From a virus (lineage: Duplodnaviria; Caudoviricetes): a stretch of DNA of 30,694 nt. This document shows positions 30,333 through 30,694 of the stretch, one piece after another (the stretch's first letter is position 1; each line of letters opens with the position of its first letter). A program made the translations under genes and the position numbers. The stretch lies in IMG/VR virus record IMGVR_UViG_3300038674_000061, positions 1 to 30,694 of that record; one strand, 5' to 3'. The notes under the pieces were generated by a model, which saw only the letters and a list, made by a program, of their open reading frames with translations, was not told the origin of the DNA and made no database searches.

Positions 30333-30694
30333 TACTACTTTATTATTAGTTGGCATAATCGTATCTTTAGGTTTATTTATCGGTTATCAAACCAATAGAC
30401 TTAAACTTAAAGATATTGAATTAGCCAGTGCTATAAATAATAAAGAGTTTTATGAATCGTTAACTAGTAAAACATCAGATAAGAATCGTGTTTTACAATT
30501 GACAGTTGATCGGTTACGGACTACTAATGATAGTGTACTATAGGAAGTAAATAAACTGAAGAAAGAATTGAAAATAAAAGATAAAGAATTAAATAATATT
30601 ATTGTTGTTGAAACACAGATACGTGATACAGATTCTGTGTATATTGCATCTAAAACTATAGACTTTCCACCAACAGAAATAAAGTTTAATGAAT
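30289..30694 (+). CDS. Membrane-anchored coiled-coil protein (spanin-like candidate), truncated by the window edge
   Basis: N-terminal TM helix then coiled coil; continues through TAG 30541 to the window end; follows holin. Confidence 0.55.

Overview
AT-rich segment of a crAss-like (Crassvirales-type, probably Bacteroidota-infecting) phage genome. It covers the divergence point between a short leftward block (1-~1070) and a long rightward block: small accessory and nucleotide-metabolism genes (DUF3310, GroES-like, HTH, HU/IHF-like, thyX, dut), an amber-suppressor tRNA, terminase, portal, scaffold-like protein, major capsid protein, ring/auxiliary capsid proteins, a lysin candidate, a giant fibre-like protein and holin. 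The supplied ORF track is fragmented because the rightward genes use TAG as a sense codon, most likely Gln (code 15). Read that way, the fragments fuse into full-length genes that all end in TAA/TGA, and the phage encodes its own tRNA with a CUA anticodon (6744-6818). This reading also uncovers genes the track misses or shatters: a 2797-aa protein with a clan-A glycoside hydrolase and a polysaccharide deacetylase domain, and a 255-aa His/Cys peptidase-like cassette bracketed by FA[D/N]GGE repeats. I also see a thrice-repeated bipartite promoter-like motif and several structured-RNA candidates. All translations and counts were done by eye; family assignments rest on motif recognition, not database searches.
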